Positions 1-11,028 of a stretch of DNA of 64,000 nucleotides are shown piece by piece (the first letter of the stretch is position 1; each line of letters begins with the position of its first letter). This stretch comes from Desulfatiglandales bacterium (GTDB lineage: Bacteria > Desulfobacterota > DSM-4660 > Desulfatiglandales > Desulfatiglandaceae): contig OY762721.1 of assembly GCA_963666345.1 (NCBI GenBank), forward strand, positions 4,032,001 through 4,096,000. The letters run 5' to 3'. The translations under genes were made by a program, and so were the position numbers. The notes beneath the pieces are model-generated. The model worked only from the letters and a program-made list of their open reading frames with translations. It did not search any database and had not been told where the DNA came from.

Positions 1-1229
1 GCAACGATCACTCGATTATCCGGAATGCCCATGTCCTTGGCCAGTTGGGCATGTTTGACAAGGTGTCTGTATTCTCCATGGATCGGAATGAAATAAGCCG
101 GTTTGACTAGGCTCAGCATCAACTTGAGTTCTTCCCTTTTGGCATGGCCTGAAGTATGGATATCTGATACCTTTTCATAGATCACATCTGCACCCATGCG
201 GTAGAGGTCGTTTATTACAGAGGTTATCGCTTTCTCGTTACCGGGAATGAATCTTGATGAAAGGATTATGGTATCCCCTTTCCTGATCTGAATGCTTTTA
301 TGCTTTTTCCGGGCCATTCTTGTGAGGGCGGACATGGGTTCTCCCTGACTGCCTGTGGTTATGATGGCGATCTGATCGTCAGGGAACTCTCCTATGCGGC
401 GTTCTTTGATCTCCAGGTCTTGAGGCATTTTTATGTAGCCGTGCTGCCGGGCGATATCTATATTGGTTATCATGCTTTTCCCGTTGAAAACGACCTTTCT
501 GCCCGATTTCATGGAAAGATTTATAACCTGCTGAATCCTGGAAATATTGGAGGCAAAGCTGGCAATAATTATGCGACCCCCGCATTTTTTGAATATCTCC
601 TCGATGGTTGCCATAACCTCTTTTTCGCTGAGAGTGAAGCCCTCTTTTTCCACGTTAGTGGAGTCTGAAAAAAGGGCCAGGACACCCTTTTCTCCATAAT
701 GAGCAAAACGTATGAGGTCCGTGGGATGGCCGTCGACAGGAGTCGGATCGATCTTGAAGTCTCCCGAGTGCACAAGGGTTCCCATAGGTGTCTTGATCGC
801 AAGACCAACGCCGTCGACTATACTGTGGTTTACACTTATGTATTCTATGTTAAAGGGCCCCAGCCGTGTCGACTCCCTCGGGTGTACCGTGTGAAGCTCG
901 GCTTTTTCCTCAAGGTGGTATTCTTTCAGTTTTTCATTTAAAAGAGCTAGGGTGAACGGGGTCCCATATACAGGTATGGAAAACTCTTTAAGGACAAAAG
1001 GTACGGCTCCTATGTGGTCTTCATGGCCGTGAGTCAGGATCAAGGCTTTTACATCCTTTTTTCGTTTCCTTAGATAGGAATAGTCAGGTATGACAATGTC
1101 TACCCCCGGCATAAAATCTTCAGGGAACATAAGCCCTGAATCTATAACGACGATGTGATTTCCATATTCCAGGGCCATCATGTTGAGGCCGATCTCTCCA
1201 AGCCCTCCCAAGGGTATAACCTTCAGCAT
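1..1229 (-). CDS. rnj: Ribonuclease J (3' end runs off the window)
   Basis: Absent from the ORF track because there is no stop in the window. Manual translation from ATG at 1229 gives MLKVIPLGGLGEIGLNMM...VIDSGLMFP...LTHGHEDHIGA, and HTSGHA near the window edge; these are beta-CASP metallo-beta-lactamase RNase J motifs. Confidence 0.93.
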   Translation of the reverse strand, partial: MLKVIPLGGLGEIGLNMMALEYGNHIVVIDSGLMFPEDFMPGVDIVIPDYSYLRKRKKDVKALILTHGHEDHIGAVPFVLKEFSIPVYGTPFTLALLNEKLKEYHLEEKAELHTVHPRESTRLGPFNIEYISVNHSIVDGVGLAIKTPMGTLVHSGDFKIDPTPVDGHPTDLIRFAHYGEKGVLALFSDSTNVEKEGFTLSEKEVMATIEEIFKKCGGRIIIASFASNISRIQQVINLSMKSGRKVVFNGKSMITNIDIARQHGYIKMPQDLEIKERRIGEFPDDQIAIITTGSQGEPMSALTRMARKKHKSIQIRKGDTIILSSRFIPGNEKAITSVINDLYRMGADVIYEKVSDIHTSGHAKREELKLMLSLVKPAYFIPIHGEYRHLVKHAQLAKDMGIPDNRVIV

Positions 1230-1665
1230 TTGTAATCCTTTGCAGTTCAAGTTTCCATGGCACCGCCTTGAAAGACAGTATAAACCATTAAAAACATTAA
1301 AAATACTTAATTTTAAATAAAAAAACCAGTCTAACCTTTTAACCCCTGGCAGTCAATAAGTAATAGCCGGGACTGTGAGCCGGCAAAGGGGTATCCGCAG
1401 ACCCGGGAGCAGGTGCCGTTCTTTGATCATTGTTGCCCCTGCTCCACTTACAGGTCCTCAGGGCCGGGATTCTTTACCGAGTGGTGGATTTCGGGTCACC
1501 TGTCTTGATTTTAAGGAATCTCCTGTGATAGGCTTGCAAAATCCGGAGCGGTTTCGGGTCATAAATATTCCGGTAATGGAATCCAAGAATGCGGCCGAGC
1601 GAAGATCTCATAAGGGTTAGGTCAAATATCATATCTTTTCGGCAAACAGATAAGGAGGAATTTCA

Positions 1666-2085
1666 ATGGCAGGGATAAACAAGGCTATATTAGTAGGAAA
1701 TCTGGGAAGGGATCCTGAAGTAAGATATACCCCAAGCGGAGTAGCCGTGGCGTCTTTTTCCATCGCCACAAGTGATGAGTGGAAGGACAAAGACACCGGG
1801 GAGAAAAAGGAACGAACCGAATGGCATCGTATAGTGGCATGGAGAAGACTTGGCGAGATCTGCGGAGAATATCTCAAGAAGGGCAGCCAGGTCTACATTG
1901 AGGGAAAGATCCAGACACGCTCATGGGAAGATCGTGACGGCAATCAACGTTACACAACCGAAATTATAGCCCAGACCATGCAGATGCTGGGGTCTGCGGG
2001 CAGGCAGGGAAGGGCGGAATCCCCGGGTGAACGGTTCCCTGTTGAAGAACCTATCACGGTGCCTGATGATGATATCCCATTTTGA
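1666..2085 (+). CDS. ssb: Single-stranded DNA-binding protein
   Basis: [17 protein letters not shown]-fold, C-terminal DDDIPF, AAGGAGG RBS. Confidence 0.97.
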   Translation: MAGINKAILVGNLGRDPEVRYTPSGVAVASFSIATSDEWKDKDTGEKKERTEWHRIVAWRRLGEICGEYLKKGSQVYIEGKIQTRSWEDRDGNQRYTTEIIAQTMQMLGSAGRQGRAESPGERFPVEEPITVPDDDIPF

Positions 2086-2134
2086 TTAACAGAGTCGATT
2101 AATTATACCATTAAAAAAAGCGATGAAAAAGCAA

Positions 2135-2335
2135 CTACTCCAGATCTTTTTTTTCGGTAGTTTCTTTTGTTTCGGCTGGTTTGTCTATTTCATCGACAGG
2201 CTCGCTTGTCGCCTTTTTAAAGTTTTTTATCCCTTTACCTATTCCGCTTCCTATCTCGGGCAGTTTTCCGGCTCCGAAGATTATAAGGATAATTATCATT
2301 ATGATAATCAATTCCGGCATACCTATACCAAACAT
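2135..2335 (-). CDS. tatA: Twin-arginine translocase TatA/E subunit
   Basis: [29 protein letters not shown]...GIKNFKK; start moved to 2335, which has a GGAGG RBS. Confidence 0.93.
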   Translation of the reverse strand: MFGIGMPELIIIMIIILIIFGAGKLPEIGSGIGKGIKNFKKATSEPVDEIDKPAETKETTEKKDLE

Positions 2336-2465
2336 TAAAATTCCTCCAAATCTTATCCCGTCACGCACAATATTTGACGGGAAGCCGATAGCTCGGCTTT
2401 ATGGTTGAATAAAGAAAGGAAACTGTCGTCCCATATCTAACTGGAGACTTATTTACAGAGCGTGG

Positions 2466-2852
2466 CTAAATGTCAAGTTCTTTGTTCAAATGCTTGTATT
2501 CTTTTGAATTTCTCAAATCATTCAAGGCCTTCTGGTATTCAAGCCAGCAGGACCAGAGCCTGCTCCAGGCATCCGTGTGCCAAAAAAGGGCCTTGTCCAT
2601 TTTACTGCTTTTTCTTTTAAGAAAGTCCTCAAATTCCATCCTGCAGGTTGAACAGAGGTAGAAACCCGGAAAGCTATTTCTTTGTTCCTTGTCCTGCGCC
2701 TCAATATGAAGGCCACACATGGCGCATTTGAACCGGCAGGATGAGCATTGAACCACCCTCCGGAGGGTTTCAATCCTGTTTTGAAAATCCTTTTTCTGTT
2801 GCTCCTTTTTTTTGCCTTCAAGTATGTTGGTTATGTTCAGGACCTTTTGCAT
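2466..2852 (-). CDS. Hypothetical Cys-rich, probably metal-binding protein
   Basis: 128 aa ORF with CxxCxxxCxxC and CxxC motifs; fills the gap between sucD and tatA. Confidence 0.7.
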   Translation of the reverse strand: MQKVLNITNILEGKKKEQQKKDFQNRIETLRRVVQCSSCRFKCAMCGLHIEAQDKEQRNSFPGFYLCSTCRMEFEDFLKRKSSKMDKALFWHTDAWSRLWSCWLEYQKALNDLRNSKEYKHLNKELDI

Positions 2853-3020
2853 GACGGGTTCCTTTTTCCGTTTTAAAAAACTTGCAAAAATAGCAACTTA
2901 TAGCACCATTACGATGATAGCACCAGGGACGAAATGAGTCAAGCAGGTGGGTCTAGGGCTCACATCCCTGATGAAACTCCAATGAGTCATTTTTCCCGTT
3001 TCACCGGGGCCTTTACCCGC

Positions 3021-3896
3021 TCAGAGCTTTTTCATTACCTCCTTTACGGTTTCGCCCAGTCTGGAAAGGTCAAGAGCTACCCGAATGCCCGCGGATTGCA
3101 GTGCCTCTATCTTGTCCGCAGCGTTTCCCTTGCCCCCTGATATTATGGCCCCGGCATGTCCCATTCTTCTGCCCGGAGGTGCTGTCTGGCCTGCTATGAA
3201 GGCGGTGACAGGTTTGGAAAGGTTGTCCTTTATATACTCGGCTGCTTCCTCTTCCGCGTTTCCTCCTATCTCCCCGATAAGAACGACGCCGTCCGTTTCG
3301 CGATCCTGTTCAAACCTTTTGAGATGATCTATGAAGGTCGTACCCACAATGGGGTCCCCTCCTATGCCGATACAGGTGGACTGGCCGAATCCGGCCCCTG
3401 TCAATTGATAGACAACCTCGTAGGTGAGGGTCCCGCTCCTTGAAATTACCCCGATGCCGCCCCTGCGGTGGATCTGGGCCGGCATTATCCCTATCTTGGT
3501 CTTGCCCGGTGAGATTATCCCGGGACAATTGGGGCCGATAAGTACAACCCCCTTTTCTTTAAGCAGGGCCGATACCTTTACCATGTCAAGTACGGGTATC
3601 CCTTCGGTGATGCATACAATTACCTTTATGCCTGCAGTTGCGGCCTCCAGTATGGCGTCCGCCGCAAAGGGAGGAGGCACAAATATGCAGGATACATTTA
3701 CGCCCTGCCTTTCCACCGCCTCTTTTACCGTGTTAAATACCGGGATGCCCTCAAAGTCCTGCCCCCCCCTGCCGGGGGTTACCCCCGCCGGTATCACCGT
3801 GCCGTAGGCAAGCATCTGTTTGGTGTGAAAGGCGCCTTCTCTTCCAGTTATGCCTTGTACAACCAGCCTGCTGTTTTCATCAACAAGTATGCTCAT
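3021..3896 (-). CDS. sucD: Succinyl-CoA synthetase alpha subunit
   Basis: [26 protein letters not shown] and the phospho-His motif RMGHAGA. Confidence 0.96.
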   Translation of the reverse strand: MSILVDENSRLVVQGITGREGAFHTKQMLAYGTVIPAGVTPGRGGQDFEGIPVFNTVKEAVERQGVNVSCIFVPPPFAADAILEAATAGIKVIVCITEGIPVLDMVKVSALLKEKGVVLIGPNCPGIISPGKTKIGIMPAQIHRRGGIGVISRSGTLTYEVVYQLTGAGFGQSTCIGIGGDPIVGTTFIDHLKRFEQDRETDGVVLIGEIGGNAEEEAAEYIKDNLSKPVTAFIAGQTAPPGRRMGHAGAIISGGKGNAADKIEALQSAGIRVALDLSRLGETVKEVMKKL

Positions 3897-3907
3897 AATA
3901 ACCCGTG

Positions 3908-5074
3908 TCAGGACACCTGCCCTGCAACAAGCTCGGCTGCATGGCCCAGGTCCTTTGCAACTAGAAATTTCAGTTCAGAGGACTCAAGAATCCTTCTTCC
4001 CTCATCCACATTGGTTCCTTCAAGTCTGACAATAAGGGGTACGGCTATTTCAGTCTTTCTTGCTGCTTCAAGCACCCCTCTTGCAAGCACGTCACACCTG
4101 AGTATGCCCCCGAATATGTTTATCAGTATGGCCTTGACCCTTTTGTCCATAAGGATTATCTCAAGCGCCCTTGTAATCATCTCCTCGCTTGCACCGCCGC
4201 CCACATCAAGAAAATTGGCAGGCTCGGCCCCGGCCGACTTTATGACATCCATTGTGGCCATCGCAAGGCCCGCGCCGTTTACCATGGCCCCGATATTACC
4301 GTCCAGATGTATGTAATTCAGGTTATGATCCTCTGCAATTACCTCAAGCGGGTCCTTCTCACGCTTGTCGTAGAGGGCGGCAAGCCCCTTTTGCCTGAAA
4401 AGCGCGTTGTCGTCTATGGTGATTTTGGCATCAAGTGCCATTACCTGGCCGCTGCCTGTTATAACCAGAGGGTTTATCTCGGCAAGTGAGCAGTCATTTT
4501 CAATGAAAAGGTCATACAGCCTTTTTGTAACGGCAGTAAGGTTTTTGATCGCCTCTTTTGACGGCAACCTCTCCATCGAGTATATGAGATTCCTGGCCAT
4601 ATAGGGCATCCACCCCGATTCCGGGTGAATGTATTGCTTGGTGATGAGCTGCGGTGTCTTTTCCGCGACCTCCTCGATCTCCATGCCGCCTGCGGCACTG
4701 AATACCATCGCAGGCGCTCCTTGAGATCTGTCAACCAGCATTGCAAGATAGAGCTCATTTGCGATATCAATGCCTTGTTCAAGGAGCACCTGATTTACAA
4801 TACAGCCCTTTTCACCTGTCTGTTTCGTGACAAGCCTTTTTCCCAGAAGCCCCTCTACCGCCTCCTTTACCTCCCGCCTTGATGAGGCAAGTATTACTCC
4901 CCCACCCTTACCCCTTCCGCCGGAGTGAACCTGAGCCTTTATGACCCAGGGGGGCCCCTTGAGGAGTGAAGCCTTTTCCACAGCCTGATCCGGATCGGTA
5001 ATTACCACCCCTTCAGGGACGGGGATGTCATATTTTTTTAATAGGGCCTTGGCCTGGTATTCGTGAAGTTTCAT
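3908..5074 (-). CDS. sucC: Succinyl-CoA synthetase beta subunit
   Basis: [40 protein letters not shown]. Confidence 0.96.
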   Translation of the reverse strand: MKLHEYQAKALLKKYDIPVPEGVVITDPDQAVEKASLLKGPPWVIKAQVHSGGRGKGGGVILASSRREVKEAVEGLLGKRLVTKQTGEKGCIVNQVLLEQGIDIANELYLAMLVDRSQGAPAMVFSAAGGMEIEEVAEKTPQLITKQYIHPESGWMPYMARNLIYSMERLPSKEAIKNLTAVTKRLYDLFIENDCSLAEINPLVITGSGQVMALDAKITIDDNALFRQKGLAALYDKREKDPLEVIAEDHNLNYIHLDGNIGAMVNGAGLAMATMDVIKSAGAEPANFLDVGGGASEEMITRALEIILMDKRVKAILINIFGGILRCDVLARGVLEAARKTEIAVPLIVRLEGTNVDEGRRILESSELKFLVAKDLGHAAELVAGQVS

Positions 5075-5150
5075 TCGACTGTCGCTCCGGTTCCCCCTTG
5101 TCTTGCCGGACCTGTTGCCCGGTTTAGAATCGGGGTGTAGGTTCTTCGTG

Positions 5151-5342
5151 TCAACGATTCCGTCCTGTCCTGTCTTTTACGGATTGCCTGATTTTTTTTC
5201 TGATCAAAAGATAGCCTGCTACGACAGATATTATCCCCGCAATAAAAACGGGGTTGTTCTGCCTGGCCATCCCGAATATGACCGCCGCCACGCCGCTTAT
5301 GCATAAAAGAAGAATAATGTGTCTTTCCTTTTTCATGTCCAC
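5151..5342 (-). CDS. Small hypothetical membrane protein with two hydrophobic segments
   Basis: 63 aa, two hydrophobic stretches and a basic tail, co-directional with orn and sucCD; start uncertain. Confidence 0.5.
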   Translation of the reverse strand: MDMKKERHIILLLCISGVAAVIFGMARQNNPVFIAGIISVVAGYLLIRKKIRQSVKDRTGRNR

Positions 5343-5431
5343 CTGAAGAAGGCTGTCTGTTTTGAGGGACCAGGAGAAAACTTGTCGGAATTATCTTTAT
5401 ATCGGGATCAGAAAGGAGGTTTGCTCCCTTA

Positions 5432-5980
5432 TTATGATGAATGGTTTTTGAAGACTTGATCCCTGTAATAGACGAGTTCTTCTATCGACTCTTTTATATC
5501 GTTTAAGGCCAAATGGGAGTTTTCCTTTTCAAAGATTTCCAGATCCGGATACCAGAGCCTGACCAGTTCTTTTAGAGTGCTTACATCGATATTTCTGTAA
5601 TGAAGGAATGCCTCAAGGGTAGGCATATATTTGATCAGAAATCTTCGATCCTGCCAAACCGAGTTGCCGCAGAGCGGACTTTCCCCCTGCCGACAGTGAC
5701 GGGAAAGGAATTCAAGGGTCTCGGCCTCGGCAGTCCTGCAATCATAAACAGAATTTTCCACCCTCTCCATGAGGCCGGATGACCGGTGGTGGTTAAGGCT
5801 CCATTCATCTATGGTGGCAAGTGCCTCAGCAGGATAATTTATGGGAATCACGGGACCTTGATCAATAATATTGATCTGGCCGTCTGTCACTATAGACGCT
5901 ATCTCAATGACTACATGAGTTTCAGGATCGAGTCCTGTCATCTCAAGATCGATCCATACCAAGCGTTTGTCGTCCGACAC
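5432..5980 (-). CDS. orn: Oligoribonuclease
   Basis: LVWIDLEMTGLD, CGNSVWQDRRF, HYRNIDVSTLKEL, HLALNDI (DEDDh exonuclease). Confidence 0.96.
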   Translation of the reverse strand: MSDDKRLVWIDLEMTGLDPETHVVIEIASIVTDGQINIIDQGPVIPINYPAEALATIDEWSLNHHRSSGLMERVENSVYDCRTAEAETLEFLSRHCRQGESPLCGNSVWQDRRFLIKYMPTLEAFLHYRNIDVSTLKELVRLWYPDLEIFEKENSHLALNDIKESIEELVYYRDQVFKNHSS

Positions 5981-6427
5981 TTTGCCCTCCTAAGTTTTTT
6001 CGGCAACAATAGCATAATTTTATTCTCTTATTCCACTAAAAACCGATCAGGCGGGTTTTAAACGGGGCCCTGTAGTGAGAACCTTAACCGGCAGACCTGA
6101 TGGGGGATACGACGATGTTGCTTTTTTTGCCCCTGATCGATATAGGGGAAGGCACGCCATGATTAGAAAAAGGGAATGCCGAGCTTTTATGCTTGCATTT
6201 CCTTATGTTATCATATATAGAATTACAGATTTCCGGAACCTACTGGAGGGCACCCAGGAAGCCGGTTGCCTTTTTATTTATGATCGGAGAATTCCCGCCC
6301 TCCCCGATTTGTGGCAGGCTCCCGGATAACATAGTCCGGACATTTTTCTTAATGTATATTTTTTTATGGAAATAGAACAGGTTGCCAGGGTATCGTAAGC
6401 ATATTGCGGTTTTTATCTAAATGATTC

Positions 6428-6478
6428 ATGAGGCATCTGAGTAAGTGGATTAATTTTCCTCGGATGCCTTATTTCTTT
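6428..6478 (+). promoter_or_regulatory. Stem-loop plus U-rich tract directly before thrS
   Basis: ATGAGGCATCTGAG (6428-6441) pairs with CTCGGATGCCTTAT (6459-6472) using G-U pairs, followed by TTCTTT. Confidence 0.45.
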
Positions 6479-6480
6479 AA

Positions 6481-8406
6481 ATGGAAAAGAATATGGAAAC
6501 TTATCGTATCGCTGTAAATGATAATCCGTATCAGGAAATGGAAGGAGAAACTCTTTCAGGTCTTGAGGCCCTGAAACATTTAAAGATCAAAAATATCGGC
6601 AATCTTGTCGCCGTAAAGGTAAACGGTGAGAAACGGGATCTTTCCGAGCCGATTGATCATGAGTCATCACTGGAGCCTGTTTATTTGGACTCCAAGGAAG
6701 GCCTTGAGATCTTGAGACACAGCACATCCCATGTCATGGCCATGGCCGTAAGGGAACTTTTCCCCGGGGTCAAGGTTACTATCGGACCGGCCATAGAGGA
6801 TGGCTTTTACTATGACTTCGACTATGAGCGTCCCTTCAAGGAAGAAGACCTTGCCGCAATTGAAGAAAGGATGCAGGAGATAGCAAAGGCGGACCTTCCA
6901 TTTTACAGGAAGGAGCTGTCGAGCAAAGAGGCGATTGATTTTTTTTCAAAGCAAGGTGAAGACTACAAGGTGGAACTGATAGAAGACCTCGGGGCTGAGC
7001 AGGTCTCCCTTTACACCCAGGGCAGCTTCACTGATCTCTGCAGGGGTCCCCATATCCCTTCAACCAGAATGATAAAGGCATTTCGGCTTACAAAGGTCGC
7101 GGGTGCCTACTGGCGGGGAGATGAAAAAAGGGCCATGCTGAGCCGAATATATGGCGTGGCCTTTGCGGACGGCAAAAAGCTCAGGGCGTATCTCAAGAGA
7201 CTTGAAGAGGCCGCTAAGAGGAACCACGCCAAACTGGGACCTCAGCTCGAGCTTTTCAGCACCCATGATGAGATAGGCGCCGGATTTATCGTCTGGCATC
7301 CTAAAGGAACCATGCTTCGTCATACGCTTGAGGAATTCGAGATTCAAGAACACCTGAAGAGGGGGTATGAACTGGTAAGAGGACCGGAGATATTAAAGAC
7401 GGAGCTGTGGAAAAAATCGGGCCATTTTGAAAATTATCGTGAGAATATGTATTTTACCACGATCGACGAGCAGTCTTACGGCATCAAACCCATGAACTGC
7501 CTCGCCCACATGCTCATTTATGCCTCAAAAAGGAGAAGTTACAGAGACCTGCCCAAACGCTATTTCGAACTGGGTACCGTTCACAGGCACGAGAGATCCG
7601 GCGTGCTTCATGGGCTTTTGAGGGTCAGGGAGTTTACCCAGGATGACGCTCACCTCATCTGTACGCCGGGGCAGCTGAACGAAGAGATAAAGGCACTGCT
7701 CAATTTTGTAAAAGACATGATGGAGATATTCGGATTCGATTATGATCTTGAGGTGAGCACAAGACCTTCCAAGAGCATAGGAAGCGACCGGGACTGGGAA
7801 CAGGCCACCCAGGCCCTGATAACCGCGGTCGAGGAAAACGGACTTCCTTACGAGATAAATGAAGGCGACGGGGCCTTTTACGGGCCTAAGATAGACGTAA
7901 AACTAAAGGATGCGCTTGGCAGAAATTGGCAGTGTGCCACGATTCAGTGTGATTTTGCACTTCCCGAACGTTTTGATTTGGTTTATATTGGCAAAGATGG
8001 TGAAAAACATCGGCCTGCCATGCTTCACAGGACCATCCTAGGGGCTATTGAAAGATTTATAGGAATACTTATCGAGCACCATGCGGGAGCCTTCCCGGTT
8101 TGGCTGGCACCTGTTCAGGCCAAGATACTCACCGTAACCGACAGGGGTATCCCCTTTGGCCAAAGGGTCCTGGGGGAGCTTAAGGCGGCTGAAGTAAGAG
8201 TCGAAGGAGATTTCAGGAATGAAAAGCTGGGTCTCAAGGTTAGAGAGGCGCAACTTGAAAAAATTCCTTATATGTTGATAATAGGTGATAAGGAATCAGA
8301 ACAGGAGTGTGTAACTGCAAGGCAGCGAAGCGGGCAAAATCTGCCCTTCATGAAGGTGCAGGAATTTGTTGACCTGATTGGTGATGACTGTAAAAAAAGG
8401 AGGTAA
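6481..8406 (+). CDS. thrS: Threonyl-tRNA synthetase
   Basis: TGS domain, [38 protein letters not shown]; start at 6481 or 6493. Confidence 0.98.
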   Translation: MEKNMETYRIAVNDNPYQEMEGETLSGLEALKHLKIKNIGNLVAVKVNGEKRDLSEPIDHESSLEPVYLDSKEGLEILRHSTSHVMAMAVRELFPGVKVTIGPAIEDGFYYDFDYERPFKEEDLAAIEERMQEIAKADLPFYRKELSSKEAIDFFSKQGEDYKVELIEDLGAEQVSLYTQGSFTDLCRGPHIPSTRMIKAFRLTKVAGAYWRGDEKRAMLSRIYGVAFADGKKLRAYLKRLEEAAKRNHAKLGPQLELFSTHDEIGAGFIVWHPKGTMLRHTLEEFEIQEHLKRGYELVRGPEILKTELWKKSGHFENYRENMYFTTIDEQSYGIKPMNCLAHMLIYASKRRSYRDLPKRYFELGTVHRHERSGVLHGLLRVREFTQDDAHLICTPGQLNEEIKALLNFVKDMMEIFGFDYDLEVSTRPSKSIGSDRDWEQATQALITAVEENGLPYEINEGDGAFYGPKIDVKLKDALGRNWQCATIQCDFALPERFDLVYIGKDGEKHRPAMLHRTILGAIERFIGILIEHHAGAFPVWLAPVQAKILTVTDRGIPFGQRVLGELKAAEVRVEGDFRNEKLGLKVREAQLEKIPYMLIIGDKESEQECVTARQRSGQNLPFMKVQEFVDLIGDDCKKRR

Positions 8407-8411
8407 GAGCC

Positions 8412-8930
8412 ATAGGAAAGAAGATCGACGAGGTCAGGGTAAATGAACATATCCTGTCAAGGACGGTAAGGCTTATATCGGCTGAAGGCGAGCAGATGGG
8501 GATAGTCTCTATTCAGGATGCCTTGAAGTCTGCCGGAGAATCAGGGTATGATCTGGTTGAAGTAGCGCCTAACTCCTCCCCCCCGGTGTGCCGAATAATG
8601 GACTACGGCAAGTTTAAATATGAGACCAGTAAGAAGGGGAAGGAGACTCGAAAAAAGGGCAGGACCTCTCAGCTCAAAGAGATAAAGTTCAGGCCCCATA
8701 CAGAGGATCATGACCTTGGGTTCAAGGTCAAAAATATTTTGAAATTCCTTGAGAAAAGGGATCGCGTGAAGGTGACCGTCTTTTTCAGGGGGCGCGAAAT
8801 GGCATACATGAACGCCGGAGTCGAACTCCTGAACAGGGTGGCGGAAGAAGTCAAGGAATTCGGATCGGTAGATCAGCCTCCTACCAGGGAGGCAAGAAAC
8901 AGGATGTCGATGGTCATTGTACCCAAGTAG
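8412..8930 (+). CDS. infC: Translation initiation factor IF-3 with non-canonical AUA start
   Basis: The frame is open upstream of the track ATG (8496) and encodes the conserved RVNEHI...VRLI segment; AGGAGGT SD lies 7 nt before ATA at 8412; DLVEVAP, CRIMDYGKFKY and KEIKFRP motifs follow. Confidence 0.92.
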   Translation: MGKKIDEVRVNEHILSRTVRLISAEGEQMGIVSIQDALKSAGESGYDLVEVAPNSSPPVCRIMDYGKFKYETSKKGKETRKKGRTSQLKEIKFRPHTEDHDLGFKVKNILKFLEKRDRVKVTVFFRGREMAYMNAGVELLNRVAEEVKEFGSVDQPPTREARNRMSMVIVPK

Positions 8931-9229
8931 CACGACGGAGACCGGCCAGGATCCGGAAAATTCCGATAATGCCGCCATGATATCTATTTTTGTTCCTATT
9001 CCTGTTTGACTTAAGACCGGAAGTCGCAATATCGCCGGGCGGGCATGAAACAGTGCCGATTTCCATTTCTGGCTAAGCCTGGTCCGGTTGCCTTCTGGAT
9101 AAGCGGTAAAAGAAGATCCGATCGTAATTTGGAAAACACGAAAGCCCCCTCATCCCCTATGTCTTAGGGATGCCTGGAAGGGGGCTTGTTAGATTTATCA
9201 AAGATAATGTGTGAGAATGGAGGAATTAA

Positions 9230-9427
9230 ATGCCAAAAATAAAGACAAACCGCGGGGCTGCGAAGAGATTTAAGACCACGGGCTCTGGAAAGATCGTGAG
9301 GAACAAGGCCTTTTCCAGCCATATCCTCACCAAAAAGACCACAAAAAGAAAAAGGAATCTGCGTAAATCAGCCATCGTTGATCCTACAAACGTAAAACAG
9401 TTGTCAAGGCTGATCCCATACCTTTAG
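9230..9427 (+). CDS. rpmI: 50S ribosomal protein L35
   Basis: [15 protein letters not shown]...HILTKK. Confidence 0.97.
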   Translation: MPKIKTNRGAAKRFKTTGSGKIVRNKAFSSHILTKKTTKRKRNLRKSAIVDPTNVKQLSRLIPYL

Positions 9428-9586
9428 GATTGGGGGGTTGATTGTTTTTTTACCACAGTCTTCTGCAAGTGATTATTTACATGCTGCCTTTGGGTACGGA
9501 TATTTTGATTTTTCCGATGAACCGGATGTAAGCAGGGCGGTTTTGAATTTCGACTGCAGGACAAATCTAAAAAAAGAGGTTTAAGA

Positions 9587-9931
9587 ATGCCTAGAGTAAA
9601 AAGGGGCTTTAAGGCCCGCAGAAGAAGGAATAAGGTCCTAAAGGCTGCAAAGGGATACAGAGGGAGCCTTAGCAAACAGTTCAGGTCCGCCAAGGTTGCA
9701 GTGAGCAGGGCGGGAGTTTACGCATACAGGGACAGAAAGGTCAGGAAAAGAGATTTTCGCAGGCTTTGGATCGTTCGGATTAACGCTGCTGCCAGAGAAA
9801 ACGGACTCTCATACAGCCAGTTGATAGGTGGACTGAAGAACGCCGGGATCGAGCTGGACCGGAAGGTCCTTGCGGATATGGCGGTTAACGATCCGGCCGG
9901 TTTTTCAAGTTTGACCAACATGGTCCAATAA
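9587..9931 (+). CDS. rplT: 50S ribosomal protein L20
   Basis: MPRVKRG...[24 protein letters not shown]. Confidence 0.98.
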   Translation: MPRVKRGFKARRRRNKVLKAAKGYRGSLSKQFRSAKVAVSRAGVYAYRDRKVRKRDFRRLWIVRINAAARENGLSYSQLIGGLKNAGIELDRKVLADMAVNDPAGFSSLTNMVQ

Positions 9932-9961
9932 CCCGTTCTCGATTCCCCTCCAAAACGAGCC

Positions 9962-10969
9962 ATGAAAACAAAACTGCGTGAACTCGAACAGAGGGCCCTT
10001 TCCGAACTTGAATCAATCGCCTCTCCTGAGGCCCTTGAGGCTTTCAGGGTGGCCTATCTCGGAAAAAAGGGCCATATTACTGCACTAATGAAAAAGGTCG
10101 GCCTTCTGCCGCCGGAAGAACGTCCGGAGGCTGGAAAAGAGGCCAATCGGATCAAAAGGATTCTCGCCGGACTTATAGAAGAGTCGGGGAAAAAGGGTGT
10201 TGGAAAAGGGGAGAGGCGAGGCTTCGATCTTGACGTTACCCTGCCCGGAAGAAAAAGTCCTGCGGGGCATCTCCATCCGATCACTTCAGTGATCAGGGAG
10301 GTGTGTCAGATATTTTCAAAAATGGGATTCAGGGTTGTAAAGGGTCCGAACGTGGAACTGGACTATTATAACTTTGAGGCCCTCAATCTGCCGAAAGACC
10401 ATCCCGCCAGAGATATGCAGGACACCTTTTATATGTCCGAAAATGTGGTGCTTAGAACCCACACCTCTCCCATACAGGTCCGAGTGATGGAAAAGCAGCG
10501 GCCCCCTGTGAGCGTAATCGCCCCTGGAAAGGTATACAGGAGGGATTCGGATGTCTCGCATACACCCATGTTCCATCAGGTCGAAGGACTTCTGGTGGAC
10601 CGGGATGTGAGTTTTGCGGATCTCAAGGGTACATTGACCAGTTTTGTTCATCAGATGTTCGGAAGCGATGTGAAACTTCGGTTCAGACCCTCTTTTTTCC
10701 CTTTTACCGAGCCCAGTGCGGAGGTTGACATTCAATGCGTCCTGTGCGGGGGCGCCGGGTGCAGGACCTGTTCCAACACCGGCTGGCTGGAGATACTGGG
10801 GTCTGGCATGGTAGATCCAGCCGTGTACGGCTTTATCGACTATGACCCTGAGGTGTATACCGGTTACGCATTCGGAATGGGGATGGAGCGGATCGCCATG
10901 CTCAAGTACGGAATAGATGATATACAGCTGTTCTTTAAGAATGACATGCGATTTTTGAGGCAGTTTTAA
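9962..10969 (+). CDS. pheS: Phenylalanyl-tRNA synthetase alpha subunit
   Basis: HPARDMQDTF, LRTHTSP, FHQVEG, FPFTEPS, GYAFGMGMER. Confidence 0.98.
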   Translation: MKTKLRELEQRALSELESIASPEALEAFRVAYLGKKGHITALMKKVGLLPPEERPEAGKEANRIKRILAGLIEESGKKGVGKGERRGFDLDVTLPGRKSPAGHLHPITSVIREVCQIFSKMGFRVVKGPNVELDYYNFEALNLPKDHPARDMQDTFYMSENVVLRTHTSPIQVRVMEKQRPPVSVIAPGKVYRRDSDVSHTPMFHQVEGLLVDRDVSFADLKGTLTSFVHQMFGSDVKLRFRPSFFPFTEPSAEVDIQCVLCGGAGCRTCSNTGWLEILGSGMVDPAVYGFIDYDPEVYTGYAFGMGMERIAMLKYGIDDIQLFFKNDMRFLRQF

Positions 10970-11028
10970 GATTCGGCTGCTGAGTTTACATTAATCTTCT
11001 CATAATTTTTTCTCATCGAGTAACGGAT

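Noticed and set aside
300..941. Short track ORFs overlapping rnj, and long antisense ORFs elsewhere (e.g. 16192-17007, 54870-55628, 61367-62119)
   Set aside because: They are shadows of well-supported genes on the opposite strand or in another frame, with no recognisable motifs.
1255..1275. Sigma-54 promoter (TGGCAC...TTG)
   Set aside because: The spacing is one base short and the -12 GC is absent.
2920..2995. Hammerhead-like words (GAAA and CTGATGA) downstream of sucD
   Set aside because: The stems and the UH cleavage site cannot be arranged into a hammerhead core; a plain imperfect hairpin (CAGGGA/TCCCTG) explains the region.
6230..6480. T-box riboswitch or tRNA upstream of thrS
   Set aside because: No GGTGGNACC T-box sequence and no tRNA cloverleaf or T-loop found.
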